A DNA stretch of 63,834 nt, filler included. It is 6 parts of 6 records of this genome, joined end to end, with 100 filler letters (N's around TTAATTAATTAA, not from the genome) between each part and the next. Parts side by side here need not be neighbours in the genome. Positions count along the whole stretch, not along the records: positions 1 to 22,374 come from DRR378314_1586; 5 more parts are not named here. One strand, 5' to 3'. The translations under genes were made by a program, and so were the position numbers. The notes under the pieces are model-generated. The model did not search any database, was not told the DNA's origin, and saw only the letters and a program-made list of their open reading frames with translations. This document shows, piece after piece, positions 1 to 10,114 of the stretch. The first letter of the stretch is position 1, and the number at the start of each line of letters is the position of its first letter.

Positions 1-165
1 TGCCTTGCCGGCGGCAAGCCCCCTTGGCGGTCTTGGGCCCGGCCCGTGACCCTCCATGGGAGGGTCACGGGTCCCGCCTTGCGGGCCATCCGGCCCGCAA
101 GGCGCCAGGCCCAACGGGAGCGGATCATCTCCGCATGATCCGGCGACGGGCGGGAGCGTCCCCGA
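1..165. repeat. GC-rich multi-hairpin palindromic element (REP/MITE-like) at contig start
   Basis: Perfect 13-bp stems at 43-55/59-71 and 75-87/92-104 sit inside an outer stem 33-42/105-114. Further hairpins at 4-18 and 121-142. The contig begins here, as expected for a multicopy repeat. Confidence 0.7.
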
Positions 166-285
166 CGGTGTGTCAGCTCCGGTTTCACGGTTCTCCGACG
201 CAGCTGTGACACAGAGCGCATGACACCTGCGCCACCGCGCGTTATCCTCTGGCCAAAACGCCAAAGGCGTGTGAGGCAAGAGAGC

Positions 286-2031
286 ATGTCCAGATACGAT
301 CGAATGGCCAGTCGCGGAACGCGCCTGCTGAACCGCTATACCGCCTGGAAGGCGCGCAAGCAGCCTGCGGCCACGGGATTCGTGTCGCAGCCGGAGCCGC
401 GCACCATCGGCAGTTTTGCGCGCGGGCGTCAGCTGGTGGCCGGCAACCTGCTGCTTGCGGGCTACCTGGTCGAGAGCAGTACCACAGGGCTATGGGATGT
501 CGACGCGCCGGATTTTGCCTTCGAGGCGGAGCGGCAAGGCTGCACCTGGCTCGACGATTTGGCAGCTGTTGGCGACATCAAGGCACGTCGCAAGGCGCAG
601 CATTGGGTCTGGGGTTGGATTGACGAGTTCGGCAATGGCACCGGCCCGGGCTGGTCACCGGATCTGACCGGACGACGGGTGATTCGATGGATCAACCACG
701 CGCTGTTCCTGCTCAGCGGCCAGGACAAGCCCGCCTCGGACGCCTTTTATCGCTCGCTGTCGCAGCAGACCTGGTTCCTGTCGCAGCGCTGGAAAGGGGC
801 TTCGCCGGGGCTGCCAAGGTTCGAGGCACTCTCCGGGTTGATCTATGCCGGGCTGGCGCTCAAGGGCTGCGAGGAGCTGGCGGACCCGGCGGTGCGGGCA
901 TTGGCACAGGACTGCGAAACGCAGATCAATGCCGACGGAGGTCTGCCCACTCGCAACCCGGAAGAATTGCTCGATGTCTTCACCCTGCTGACCTGGGCGG
1001 CGGCGGCCCTGCACGAAGCCGGGCGCTCGGTGCCCCGCGAACATCACGCCGCTCTGGACAGGATCGCGCCCACCCTGCGCGCGTTGCGCCATAGCGATGG
1101 GGGGCTTGCGCGGTTTCACGGCGGTGGGCGCGGGCAGGAAGGCTGGCTCGATCATGCCTTGGCGGCCTCACATGTGCCAGCGCGTGCCTTTGATGGATTG
1201 GCGATGGGGTTTGCCCGGCTATCTGCCAGGCGGACTTCGGTGATTGTTGATGCCACCGTACCGCCGGTGAGCAAAGCGTCCTATAACGGACATGCCTCAA
1301 CCTTGGCGTTCGAGCTGACCTCTGGTCGGCGTCCGTTGATCGTGAACTGCGGAGCGGGTGAGAACTTTGGTCTCGAGTGGCGTCGCGCCGGGCGGGCGAC
1401 ACCATCGCATTCTGCCCTCTGTGTCGAAGGGCATTCCAGCGCCCGGCTGGCGCAACCGCAGAAGGGCACCGGCCATGAATTCCTGATCGAGCCGCCCACT
1501 GAGGTGCCGATCGAGCGCGAAGACCTTGATGATGGCTACCGGTTTCAGGGCGCGCATGATGGTTATGCCCGCCAGTTCGGGGTAACTGTCGCCCGCGCAT
1601 TGGAGCTGTCCGTGGATGGGCGGATGGTTTCGGGCGAGGATATGTTGCTTGCGCTGGATGGGGCAGCCAAGAAACGCTTCGACAAGGCGCTGGATTCCGG
1701 CGGGTTGCAGGGAATCGGTTATGATTTGCGGTTCCATTTGCACCCGGATGTGGACGCGGCCCTTGACTTGGGGGGCGCGGCAGTATCCATGGCGCTCAAG
1801 AGTGGGGAAATCTGGGTATTCCGTCACGACGGTCAATGCGACCTGAAGCTGGAAACCAGCGTTTACCTGGAAAAGACCCGCTTGAAGCCGCGTCAATCGC
1901 TGCAAATTGTCCTGTCGGGCCGGGCCATCCAATACGCCACCCAGATCCGCTGGACCCTCAGCAAGGCGCAGGAAACGGCCGTGGCCGTGCGCGATTTGGC
2001 TCGCGACGAACCCATGGCTTACGAAGAGTGA
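286..2031 (+). CDS. Heparinase II/III family protein
   Basis: The 603-aa ORF starts at 220; the likely start is ATG 286 (MSRYDRM). Motifs GHASTLAFEL, RPLIVNCG, RATPSHS, GAHDGY and RFHLHPDV are typical of the alphaproteobacterial heparinase II/III-like protein found upstream of purH. Confidence 0.85.
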   Translation: MSRYDRMASRGTRLLNRYTAWKARKQPAATGFVSQPEPRTIGSFARGRQLVAGNLLLAGYLVESSTTGLWDVDAPDFAFEAERQGCTWLDDLAAVGDIKARRKAQHWVWGWIDEFGNGTGPGWSPDLTGRRVIRWINHALFLLSGQDKPASDAFYRSLSQQTWFLSQRWKGASPGLPRFEALSGLIYAGLALKGCEELADPAVRALAQDCETQINADGGLPTRNPEELLDVFTLLTWAAAALHEAGRSVPREHHAALDRIAPTLRALRHSDGGLARFHGGGRGQEGWLDHALAASHVPARAFDGLAMGFARLSARRTSVIVDATVPPVSKASYNGHASTLAFELTSGRRPLIVNCGAGENFGLEWRRAGRATPSHSALCVEGHSSARLAQPQKGTGHEFLIEPPTEVPIEREDLDDGYRFQGAHDGYARQFGVTVARALELSVDGRMVSGEDMLLALDGAAKKRFDKALDSGGLQGIGYDLRFHLHPDVDAALDLGGAAVSMALKSGEIWVFRHDGQCDLKLETSVYLEKTRLKPRQSLQIVLSGRAIQYATQIRWTLSKAQETAVAVRDLARDEPMAYEE

Positions 2032-2055
2032 ACCTGAACAAGGATTCTGACACCT

Positions 2056-3645
2056 ATGACCGACCTCCACCCCGTCCGCCGCGCCCTTCTGTCCGTCTCT
2101 GACAAAACCGGGCTGATCGAGCTGGGCAAATCCCTCGCTGAGCGCGGGGTTGAACTGCTCTCGACCGGTGGCACTGCAAAAGCGCTGCGTGATGCGGGTC
2201 TCGCCGTTCGGGATGTGTCTGATGTGACCGGCTTCCCGGAAATGATGGACGGTCGTGTGAAAACATTGCACCCGATGGTGCATGGCGGTCTGCTGGCGCT
2301 GCGCGACAATGACGCCCATGTGGCGGCGATGACCGAGCATGGCATCGGCGAGATCGACCTTCTGGTGGTGAACCTCTACCCGTTCGAGGCGGCGCTGAAG
2401 CGCGGTGCGGCCTATGACGAGATGATCGAGAACATCGATATTGGCGGCCCGGCGATGATCCGCGCGGCGGCGAAGAACCACGCGTTCGTCAACACCGTGG
2501 TGGATGTCGAAGACTACGGGGTGCTCTTGGAGGAACTGGACCAGAACGACGGTCAGACCTCTTTCGTGTTCCGTCAGTGGCTGGCGCAGAACGCCTATGC
2601 CCGCACGGCGGCCTATGATGCCGCAGTTTCGAACTGGATGGCCGGTGCCATCGGTCTGGAAGCGCCGCGTCGCCGCGCCTTTGCTGGACAGATCGCGCAG
2701 ACGCTGCGCTATGGCGAGAACCCGCATCAGGACGCAGCTTTCTACACCGATGGCACCGAGCGCGTTGGCGTGGCGACCGCCCAGCAGTTGCAGGGCAAGG
2801 AACTCTCCTACAATAACATCAACGACACCGATGCGGCCTTTGAGCTGGTGAGTGAATTCGCACCTGCCGACGGCCCGGCAGTGGCGATCATCAAACACGC
2901 CAACCCCTGCGGTGTGGCGCGCGGCGCAACCCTGCTGGAAGCCTATAACAAGGCGTTTGATTGCGACCGCACCTCTGCCTTTGGCGGCATTGTGGCGCTC
3001 AATATGCCGCTTGACGCGAAAACCGCCGAGGCGATCACCCAGATCTTTACCGAAGTGGTGATTGCGCCGGGGGCCTCTGATGAGGCCAAGGCGATCTTTG
3101 CGGCAAAGAAAAATCTGCGCCTGCTGATCACCGATGGCCTGCCCAACCCGCAGGACGCAGGCCTGACCACCCGTCAGGTCTCGGGCGGGATGCTGGTGCA
3201 GGACAAGGACGTTGGCCACCGCGCCATGGATGACCTCAAGGTGGTGACCGAAAAAGCGCCGACGGATGAGCAAATGGCGGATCTGCTGTTTGCGTGGAAA
3301 GTCGCCAAACATGTGAAATCCAACGCGATTGTCTATGTGAAAGACGGCCAGACCGTTGGCGTCGGCGCCGGCCAGATGAGCCGCGTGGACTCGGCCACGA
3401 TCGCAGGCGTCAAGGCGCAGCGGATGGCGGATGCGATGGAACTGCCGGCAAGCCTTGCCAAAGGTTCTGCCGTGGCATCCGATGCGTTCTTCCCCTTTGC
3501 GGATGGTCTGATGGAAGCGGCGGCAAATGGCGCAACTTGCGTCATTCAGCCCGGTGGATCGATGCGCGATGATGAGGTCATCAAGGCCGCGAATGAAGCG
3601 GGGCTGGCGATGGTCTTCACCGGCATGCGTCACTTCCGTCACTGA
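2056..3645 (+). CDS. purH: Bifunctional AICAR transformylase/IMP cyclohydrolase
   Basis: [53 protein letters not shown] and the C-terminal RHFRH. Confidence 0.99.
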   Translation: MTDLHPVRRALLSVSDKTGLIELGKSLAERGVELLSTGGTAKALRDAGLAVRDVSDVTGFPEMMDGRVKTLHPMVHGGLLALRDNDAHVAAMTEHGIGEIDLLVVNLYPFEAALKRGAAYDEMIENIDIGGPAMIRAAAKNHAFVNTVVDVEDYGVLLEELDQNDGQTSFVFRQWLAQNAYARTAAYDAAVSNWMAGAIGLEAPRRRAFAGQIAQTLRYGENPHQDAAFYTDGTERVGVATAQQLQGKELSYNNINDTDAAFELVSEFAPADGPAVAIIKHANPCGVARGATLLEAYNKAFDCDRTSAFGGIVALNMPLDAKTAEAITQIFTEVVIAPGASDEAKAIFAAKKNLRLLITDGLPNPQDAGLTTRQVSGGMLVQDKDVGHRAMDDLKVVTEKAPTDEQMADLLFAWKVAKHVKSNAIVYVKDGQTVGVGAGQMSRVDSATIAGVKAQRMADAMELPASLAKGSAVASDAFFPFADGLMEAAANGATCVIQPGGSMRDDEVIKAANEAGLAMVFTGMRHFRH

Positions 3646-3664
3646 GCCCGGAGCAGTAACTGAT

Positions 3665-4147
3665 ATGCGGAGCTACGTGCTTTACCTTGCCGCCTTTGTT
3701 GCGTTGATCATTGATCAGGCAACCAAGATCGGGGTCGTGTTTGGCCTCGATCTGGTCAATCGGTTGCGACTCGACGTGGCTCCGCCGCTCCTGACCTTTC
3801 GGTATGGCGAAAACCGCGGCATCAATTTCGGCCTGTTCGACGGCGGCAGCGACGCAAGTCGCTGGGCGCTGGTGGTGATCTCACTGGTGATCTGTATTGC
3901 GGTGTTCCTCTGGGTGCGCCGCAGCCATGGCCAGAGCCGGATGATGCAGCTCTGTGCCGGTCTTGTGATCGGTGGTGCGCTAGGCAATGTGGTGGATCGG
4001 GTGCTTTATGGCTATGTGCTCGACTTTCTCAACATGTCCTGCTGCGGTGTGAACAATCCCTTTGTTTTCAACGTCGCGGATATCTTCATCTTTGCGGGCG
4101 CGGCGGGGTTGATCCTGTTCGAAGGCCGCGCGAAAAAGCCCGCGTGA
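3665..4147 (+). CDS. lspA: Signal peptidase II (lipoprotein signal peptidase)
   Basis: DQATK, NRGINFG, GGALGNVVDR, GYVLDFL and FNVADIFI motifs; start ATG 3665. Confidence 0.97.
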   Translation: MRSYVLYLAAFVALIIDQATKIGVVFGLDLVNRLRLDVAPPLLTFRYGENRGINFGLFDGGSDASRWALVVISLVICIAVFLWVRRSHGQSRMMQLCAGLVIGGALGNVVDRVLYGYVLDFLNMSCCGVNNPFVFNVADIFIFAGAAGLILFEGRAKKPA

Positions 4148-4202
4148 CCTCCTGCGCGATATGCGCTAGAGGTGACTGAAACGTCTAAGAGGACCGCGCC
4201 CC

Positions 4203-4709
4203 ATGCGCTTTGCGACTGCACCGATCATTCTGGGTTCCGTTTTGCTGTTGTCGGCCTGTGGCAACAAACCGCTGCATGATCTTGATGCGCGCCGCAACAG
4301 TCCTGATGAGTTTCTTGTGCTGCCCAGCAAGCCGCTGGAAGAACCGGCAAGCTATGCGGCTCTGCCGGAGCCGACCCCCGGCGGACGCAACCGCACGGAT
4401 CGCGACCCTAAGGCAGAAGCCGTGGTGGCCCTGGGCGGACGCCCGAGCGGCACGGATATTCCTGCCGGCGATGGCGCTCTTGTGACAGCCGCCAGCCGAT
4501 ATGGCGTGCAGGGTGATATTCGCGAGTCACTGGCAACAGAGGATGCGAAGTATCGCAAACGGGCCGGTATTCTTGCCAACATCAAGCTGTTCCCGGTCGA
4601 CCGCTACGCCGAGACCTACGAGCGTCAGGCGCTGGACCCTCAGGATGTGAGTACGGCGTACCGTCGGGCCGGTGTGCCGACCCCCTCTTCGCCGCCAGAA
4701 GGCGAATAA
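4203..4709 (+). CDS. DUF3035 family lipoprotein
   Basis: Lipobox LLSAC; SPDEFLVLPSKPLEEP and LPEPTPGG motifs; lies between lspA and the M16 pair. Confidence 0.85.
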   Translation: MRFATAPIILGSVLLLSACGNKPLHDLDARRNSPDEFLVLPSKPLEEPASYAALPEPTPGGRNRTDRDPKAEAVVALGGRPSGTDIPAGDGALVTAASRYGVQGDIRESLATEDAKYRKRAGILANIKLFPVDRYAETYERQALDPQDVSTAYRRAGVPTPSSPPEGE

Positions 4710-4843
4710 TCCTTCACAATTTCGGCAAACCGGCTTGTGGCTGGCGTTTTGCACCGTAACTTGATCTTCAGCAGACGAAACCGACTCTGCGCTGGGGCAT
4801 GCCATGGCATGTGCTGGGATGATCGATCTGGAGGATAGAACAT

Positions 4844-6277
4844 ATGACATCTGTGGCAGCGTTTCCGTCCGGGCTTCGGGCCAGCTGGCGGGTTGCGCTT
4901 TGTGCCCTGGTGATGATGGCGGGTCTTGGTGCGCCCATGCTGTCCGCCCAGGAGACCGCACCCGCTGCTGAGGCCGTGCCCGCAGAGGCACAGTCAGGGG
5001 CCGAAATGGTGACAACCTTCACGCTGGAAAACGGCATGATGGTTGTGGTTGTCGAGGATCATCGGGCCCCGGTTGTTCAGCATATGGTCTGGTATCGGGC
5101 CGGATCGGCGGATGAACCCGTAGGGCAGAGCGGTGTCGCACATTTTCTCGAACACCTGCTGTTCAAAGGCACGGATACGCTGGAGGCCGGTGAGCTGTCG
5201 GCCACCGTCGCGCGCAATGGTGGCCGCGACAATGCTTTCACCAGCTATGATTACACCGCCTATTTTCAGCGGGTTGCGGCGGATCGCCTTGAGTTGATGA
5301 TGCAGATGGAATCGGATCGGATGCGGAACCTGCGCCTGACCGAGACCGACATCGTGACAGAACGCGAAGTGATCCTTGAGGAGCGCAATCAGCGCACCGA
5401 CAATGATCCTTCGGCGCTGTTCCGTGAGCAGATGCGGGCGGTTCAGTATCTCAACCATCGCTACGGCCAGCCGGTTATTGGCTGGCGTCACGAGATGGAG
5501 ACGCTGTCGATGGAGGACGCGCTGTCCTACTACGGCACCTACTATGCGCCCAATAACGCGATTCTGGTGGTCTCCGGGGATGTGAGGCCAGACGAGGTGC
5601 GGGCCTTGGCCGAGACATACTACGGTGTCATTCCCGCCAATCCCGATTTGCCCGAACGCCTGCGCAGTCAGGAACCGCCGCAGAGCGCGGCGCGGCGTCT
5701 AGCCTTTGCCGACGCGCGGGTGGCGCAGCCTTATGTGCAGCGCTCTTATCTGGCACCGGAACGGGATCACGCCAGCCAGGAGAAAGCTGCGGCGCTCTAT
5801 CTGTTGTCGGAATTGCTGGGCGGGGGCACGACTTCCTATCTCGCCAACGCACTGCAATTCGAGCAGCAGGTCGCGGTCTATACGGCTGCTTTCTATTCCG
5901 GGGTATCACTGGATGACACGACGTTTGATTTTGTTGTTGTGCCTGCCGACGGTGTGACGCTTGAGGAAGCAGAGGCTGCGCTGGACCGGACCGTGACACA
6001 ATTTTTGGCCGAAGGCGTCGACAGTCAGCAGTTGGAGCGGATCAAGTTGCAGCTGCGCGCCTCCGAAATCTATGCCCGCGATGACGTGGACCGGATCGCC
6101 AACCGTTACGGCCGTGCGTTGACCTCGGGGCTGACGGTGGAGGATGTGCAGGATTGGCCGCGTGTGCTGCAGTCGATCACCGAGGATGAGATCATCGCCG
6201 TCGCGCGCGAGGTGATGCGGCCCGAGACCTCTGTCACCGGATATCTGACCAAGAGCCAGCAGGAGGCTGACCAATGA
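4844..6277 (+). CDS. M16 (pitrilysin/insulinase) family zinc peptidase, catalytic subunit, exported
   Basis: Signal peptide, HXXEH motif (HFLEH), NAFTSYDYTAY and EREVILEER. Confidence 0.95.
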   Translation: MTSVAAFPSGLRASWRVALCALVMMAGLGAPMLSAQETAPAAEAVPAEAQSGAEMVTTFTLENGMMVVVVEDHRAPVVQHMVWYRAGSADEPVGQSGVAHFLEHLLFKGTDTLEAGELSATVARNGGRDNAFTSYDYTAYFQRVAADRLELMMQMESDRMRNLRLTETDIVTEREVILEERNQRTDNDPSALFREQMRAVQYLNHRYGQPVIGWRHEMETLSMEDALSYYGTYYAPNNAILVVSGDVRPDEVRALAETYYGVIPANPDLPERLRSQEPPQSAARRLAFADARVAQPYVQRSYLAPERDHASQEKAAALYLLSELLGGGTTSYLANALQFEQQVAVYTAAFYSGVSLDDTTFDFVVVPADGVTLEEAEAALDRTVTQFLAEGVDSQQLERIKLQLRASEIYARDDVDRIANRYGRALTSGLTVEDVQDWPRVLQSITEDEIIAVAREVMRPETSVTGYLTKSQQEADQ

Positions 6278-7647
6278 GCCGGAACACCACAACCCTGCGC
6301 GCAAAAACCGTGGATCTGCGCCCGCTGAAGCGTGCGGTGCTGGCGCTTGTGGCCGGGTTTGCTCTGCTGATGGCGGCCCAGATCGCACGGGCGGAGATCG
6401 ACATCCAGGAGGTCACCTCGCCGGGCGGCATCAAGGCATGGCTGGTTGAGGATCACACGATCCCCTTCTCGGCATTGGAGATGCGCTTTCGCGGCGGGAC
6501 ATCGCTGGATGCGCCCGGTAAGCGGGGCGCGGTACATCTGATGGGCGGATTGCTTGAGGAGGGCTCGGGCGAGCTGCGCGCGCAGGATTACGCACGCGCG
6601 CTCGAAGCGCTGGCTGCGAATTTCTCCTATGATGCAGATAAGGACACGGTCTCCATCTCTGCTCGCTTTCTGAGTGAGAACAGCGAAGAGGTGGTGGAGC
6701 TGCTGCGTCAGACGATTCAGGAACCGAGATTCGATCAGGATGCGTTGGATCGCGTCCGGGCGCAGGTTCTGGTGGGGCTACGTTCGGATGAGAGCGATCC
6801 CAATGCGATCGCCGGGCGCAAATTTGCCGAACTCGCCTTTGGGGACCATCCCTATGGGACCAACGGCATCGGCACCGTGGAGAGCGTTTCAGCGCTGACA
6901 CGTCAGGACATGTTTGCGGCACATGAGGCGGTTTTTGCTCGAGACAGGCTCTATGTCAGTGCTGTTGGCGACATCACGCCCGAGGAGCTGGGCGTGATGC
7001 TGGACGAGTTGCTGGGCGATCTGCCCGCTGAGGGCAGCCCTATGCCCGGTCCGGCTGAGGTGTTGATCGAAGGTGGCGTCACGGTGGTGCCCTTTGCCAC
7101 GCCGCAATCGGTCGCGTTGTTTGGCCAGAAGGGCATTGACCGGACGGATCCGGATTTCTTTGCCGCTTATGTGTTGAACCAGATCCTGGGTGGGGGCTCG
7201 TTCGAGACCCGGTTGATGCAGGAAGTGCGCACCAAGCGTGGGCTGACCTATGGCGTCTACAGCTATCTGGTGCCGCGCGATCTGGCCGCAACATACATGG
7301 GGTCGCTCGCCTCGGCGAATGAGAAGATGGCAGAGGCCGTCGGAGTAGTACGTGATCAATGGGCCTCTTTGGTGGCGGACGGCGTGACCGAGGCAGAATT
7401 GCAGGATGCCAAGACCTATTTGACCGGCGCCTACCCGCTGCGGTTCAACGGCAATGGTCAGATTGCATCAATCCTTGTGTCGATGCAGATGGACGATCTT
7501 CCGACTGATTATGTGCTGACTCGCAATGAGAAGATCGGCGCGGTGACGCTGGAGGATGTGAACCGGGTGGCACGGGAGCTGCTGGACCCGGATGGCCTGC
7601 GGTTTGTGGTCGTCGGTGAGCCCGTGGGGCTGAAGTCGACGGACTGA
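6274..7647 (+). CDS. M16 family peptidase, non-catalytic partner subunit
   Basis: M16 fold but HXXEH is lost (HLMGGLL). It keeps the R/Y pair (EVRTKRGLTYGV) and overlaps the upstream gene by 4 bp. Confidence 0.92.
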   Translation: MSRNTTTLRAKTVDLRPLKRAVLALVAGFALLMAAQIARAEIDIQEVTSPGGIKAWLVEDHTIPFSALEMRFRGGTSLDAPGKRGAVHLMGGLLEEGSGELRAQDYARALEALAANFSYDADKDTVSISARFLSENSEEVVELLRQTIQEPRFDQDALDRVRAQVLVGLRSDESDPNAIAGRKFAELAFGDHPYGTNGIGTVESVSALTRQDMFAAHEAVFARDRLYVSAVGDITPEELGVMLDELLGDLPAEGSPMPGPAEVLIEGGVTVVPFATPQSVALFGQKGIDRTDPDFFAAYVLNQILGGGSFETRLMQEVRTKRGLTYGVYSYLVPRDLAATYMGSLASANEKMAEAVGVVRDQWASLVADGVTEAELQDAKTYLTGAYPLRFNGNGQIASILVSMQMDDLPTDYVLTRNEKIGAVTLEDVNRVARELLDPDGLRFVVVGEPVGLKSTD

Positions 7648-7706
7648 TCTGCGCCACTCGGCAGTGAGGTCTCGTGCAGATCAACGCCCTAACAACGCAA
7701 AATGAG

Positions 7707-7741
7707 AACGGCGCGGTCCCAAGTCGGGGCCGCGCCGTTTC
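7707..7741. terminator. Probable bidirectional intrinsic terminator between convergent genes
   Basis: Hairpin AACGGCGCGGTCCC-AAGTC-GGGGCCGCGCCGTT between the M16 and ALDH stop codons. Confidence 0.7.
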
Positions 7742-7761
7742 TGTGTTGATTGATTCTCAGG

Positions 7762-10104
7762 TCACTCGCCGTAGGGGATCCAGACCGTCTTGACCTCGGT
7801 TGCGGCTTGCAGGAAGCGCTTGCTGTGATCGCGCGCCCAGTCCGTCGCCTGACCATTGTTGACCCAGGTGCGTTTCAGATTTCCGGCAGAAGCGACTTCG
7901 ATGGGCTTTGACAGATCGGTGGAGGAGAAGCTCCAGACCGCATCGAGGTTGAGGTGCTTGGCCATGGTGTCGCCGAGATCCTTGTGCGCGCCGGTCAGGA
8001 TGTTGACCACACCGGCAGGCAGATCGGAAGTTTCCAGCACCTGATAAAGATCCGTGGCGGCCAGCGGAAACGCCTGTGACGCCGCCAGTACCACCCGGTT
8101 GCCCATGGCGATGGCGGGTGCCATGGCGGAAATCAGACCCAGCAGCGGCGCCTCGTCCGCGCAGAGCACGCCGATGGTGCCGACCGGTTCCTTCATGCCA
8201 AGCGCGACGCCGCGGATCGGCACACCATGCGCCATGCCATCGTATTTGTCGGCCCAGGCAGCGGCGGAGAACAGGCGCTGCAACGAGGCTTCGACCTCGG
8301 CGGTGCCTTCCCCCTTGCCGGTCATGGCGTCGATGCGGGCGGCAAATTCACCGGCCCGCGCGGCGAGGTTCTCGGCCATGTAATAGAGGATCTGAGCGCG
8401 CAGGTGGCCGGTGGTCCTGAACCAGCCCTTGGCAGCATGGGCGGCCTCAACGGCGTTCCTCACGTCCTTGCGGCTGCCAGCGCCGACATGGCCCAGCAGG
8501 TTGCCCTTTGGTCCGTAGACAGGCTTGGAGTAGCCGCTGTCGGGGCGCGCCTGCTTGCCGCCGATGTACATCTTGGCGGTACGGTCGATACCCGCGGGGG
8601 CGGTTGCGGCCTCTGCGCCCTCAAAGGCGGCAACCGGCGTCAGGGCCTTGGTCTCGCCCTTGGGGCGGGTGTAGGCCATCAGCCCCTCGACACCGCCCTC
8701 GCGGCCAAAGCCGCTTTCGCGCACGCCGCCAAACGGGGCGGCGGCGTCGAACATGTTGGTGCCATTGACCCAGACCACGCCCGCGACCAGTTTCGGCGCG
8801 ATATCCAACGCCAGGTTCACGTTCTCGGTCCAGAGCGTCGCGGCCAGCCCGTAGCGGGTGTTGTTGGCCAGTTCGACCGCTTCGGACGGGGTGCGGAAGG
8901 TGGTTGTGACCAGCACCGGGCCAAAGATCTCTTCCTGCATCAGGGGATCGGCGGGTGACAGGCCCTCGATCAGGGTCGGCGGGAAGAAACAGCCCTTGGC
9001 GGGCATGTTGACGGTGCTCTGATGCACCGTGCAATTCTTGGCGGTGGCCACAAGACGGGTGATCTCGGCATGTTGCACGGGATCGACCACGGCGCCGACA
9101 TCGATGCATTTGTCGAGCGGATCGCCGAGGCGCAGGGTCTTCATCCGGGCGCGCAGTTTCTTGTGGAACTGCTCGGAGACGCTCTCCTGCACCAGAAGTC
9201 GCGAGCCGGCGCAGCAGACCTGGCCCTGGTTGAACCAGATCGCATCCACCAGCCCCTCGATGGCGCTGTCCAGATCGGCGTCGTCAAAGACGATGTAGGG
9301 GCTCTTGCCGCCCAGTTCCAGCGTCAGCGCCTTGCCGGTGCCTGCGGTGGCTTCGCGGATCTTGCGGCCCACCGAAGTGGAGCCGGTAAAGGCGATCTTG
9401 TCCACATCCGCGTTGACGATCATCTCACCCACGGCGCCATCGCCGGTGACGATGTTGACCACGCCCTTGGGCAGGCCGGCCTGACGGCAGATGTCGGCAA
9501 ACAGCAGCGCCGTCAGCGAGGTATATTCCGCCGGTTTCAGCACCACGGTATTGCCCATGGCAAGCGCCGGCGCGACCTTCCACGCCAGCATCAAGAGGGG
9601 GAAGTTCCACGGGATGATCTGGCCACAGACGCCGAGCGCCTCACGACCCGACATCTCCTCGTCCATCAGCTGGGCATGGCCGGCGTGGTGGTAGAAGTGG
9701 CGCTGCACAAGAGGGATATCGATGTCGCGGCTCTCGCGGATCGGCTTGCCGTTGTCCAGCGTCTCCAGCACCGCAAACAGGCGGCTGTGTTTCTGCAGCA
9801 GGCGGGCGATCGCATAGAGGTAGGTGGCACGGCCTGACCCACCCATCGCGGCCCAGGGCCCTTGCGCGGCGCGGGCGGCTTTTACCGCGGCGTCCACGTC
9901 CTTTTTTGTCGCCTGACTCAATTCCGCCAGCACCTCGCCGGTGGCCGGGTTCTTGCTTTCGAACCCCTTGCCCGGGGGGGTGAAGTCACCGTTGATGAAA
10001 TGACCAAACCGGCTGCCCTGATCGACCAGCCATGCAAAGGCGTCTGCGGCGCTTTCGGGAGCGGGGCCATAGTCCATGGTGTCGAAGATCTCTTTGATTG
10101 TCAT
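7762..10104 (-). CDS. Two-domain aldehyde dehydrogenase (ALDH16-like)
   Basis: Start MTIKEIF at 10104. The first domain has IIPWNFP, FTGSTSVG, LELGGKSP, the catalytic GQVCCAGS and EEIFGP. The second, partial ALDH (Rossmann) domain lacks the catalytic subdomain. Confidence 0.92.
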   Translation of the reverse strand: MTIKEIFDTMDYGPAPESAADAFAWLVDQGSRFGHFINGDFTPPGKGFESKNPATGEVLAELSQATKKDVDAAVKAARAAQGPWAAMGGSGRATYLYAIARLLQKHSRLFAVLETLDNGKPIRESRDIDIPLVQRHFYHHAGHAQLMDEEMSGREALGVCGQIIPWNFPLLMLAWKVAPALAMGNTVVLKPAEYTSLTALLFADICRQAGLPKGVVNIVTGDGAVGEMIVNADVDKIAFTGSTSVGRKIREATAGTGKALTLELGGKSPYIVFDDADLDSAIEGLVDAIWFNQGQVCCAGSRLLVQESVSEQFHKKLRARMKTLRLGDPLDKCIDVGAVVDPVQHAEITRLVATAKNCTVHQSTVNMPAKGCFFPPTLIEGLSPADPLMQEEIFGPVLVTTTFRTPSEAVELANNTRYGLAATLWTENVNLALDIAPKLVAGVVWVNGTNMFDAAAPFGGVRESGFGREGGVEGLMAYTRPKGETKALTPVAAFEGAEAATAPAGIDRTAKMYIGGKQARPDSGYSKPVYGPKGNLLGHVGAGSRKDVRNAVEAAHAAKGWFRTTGHLRAQILYYMAENLAARAGEFAARIDAMTGKGEGTAEVEASLQRLFSAAAWADKYDGMAHGVPIRGVALGMKEPVGTIGVLCADEAPLLGLISAMAPAIAMGNRVVLAASQAFPLAATDLYQVLETSDLPAGVVNILTGAHKDLGDTMAKHLNLDAVWSFSSTDLSKPIEVASAGNLKRTWVNNGQATDWARDHSKRFLQAATEVKTVWIPYGE

Positions 10105-10114
10105 CTGTTCGTCC

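Noticed and set aside
1297-3642. 781-aa antisense ORF, and similar ones at 15663-17258, 53113-54747, 55094-56854, 39418-40617 and 59972-61219
   Set aside because: These are shadow ORFs opposite well-conserved genes in high-GC DNA, with no recognisable motifs.
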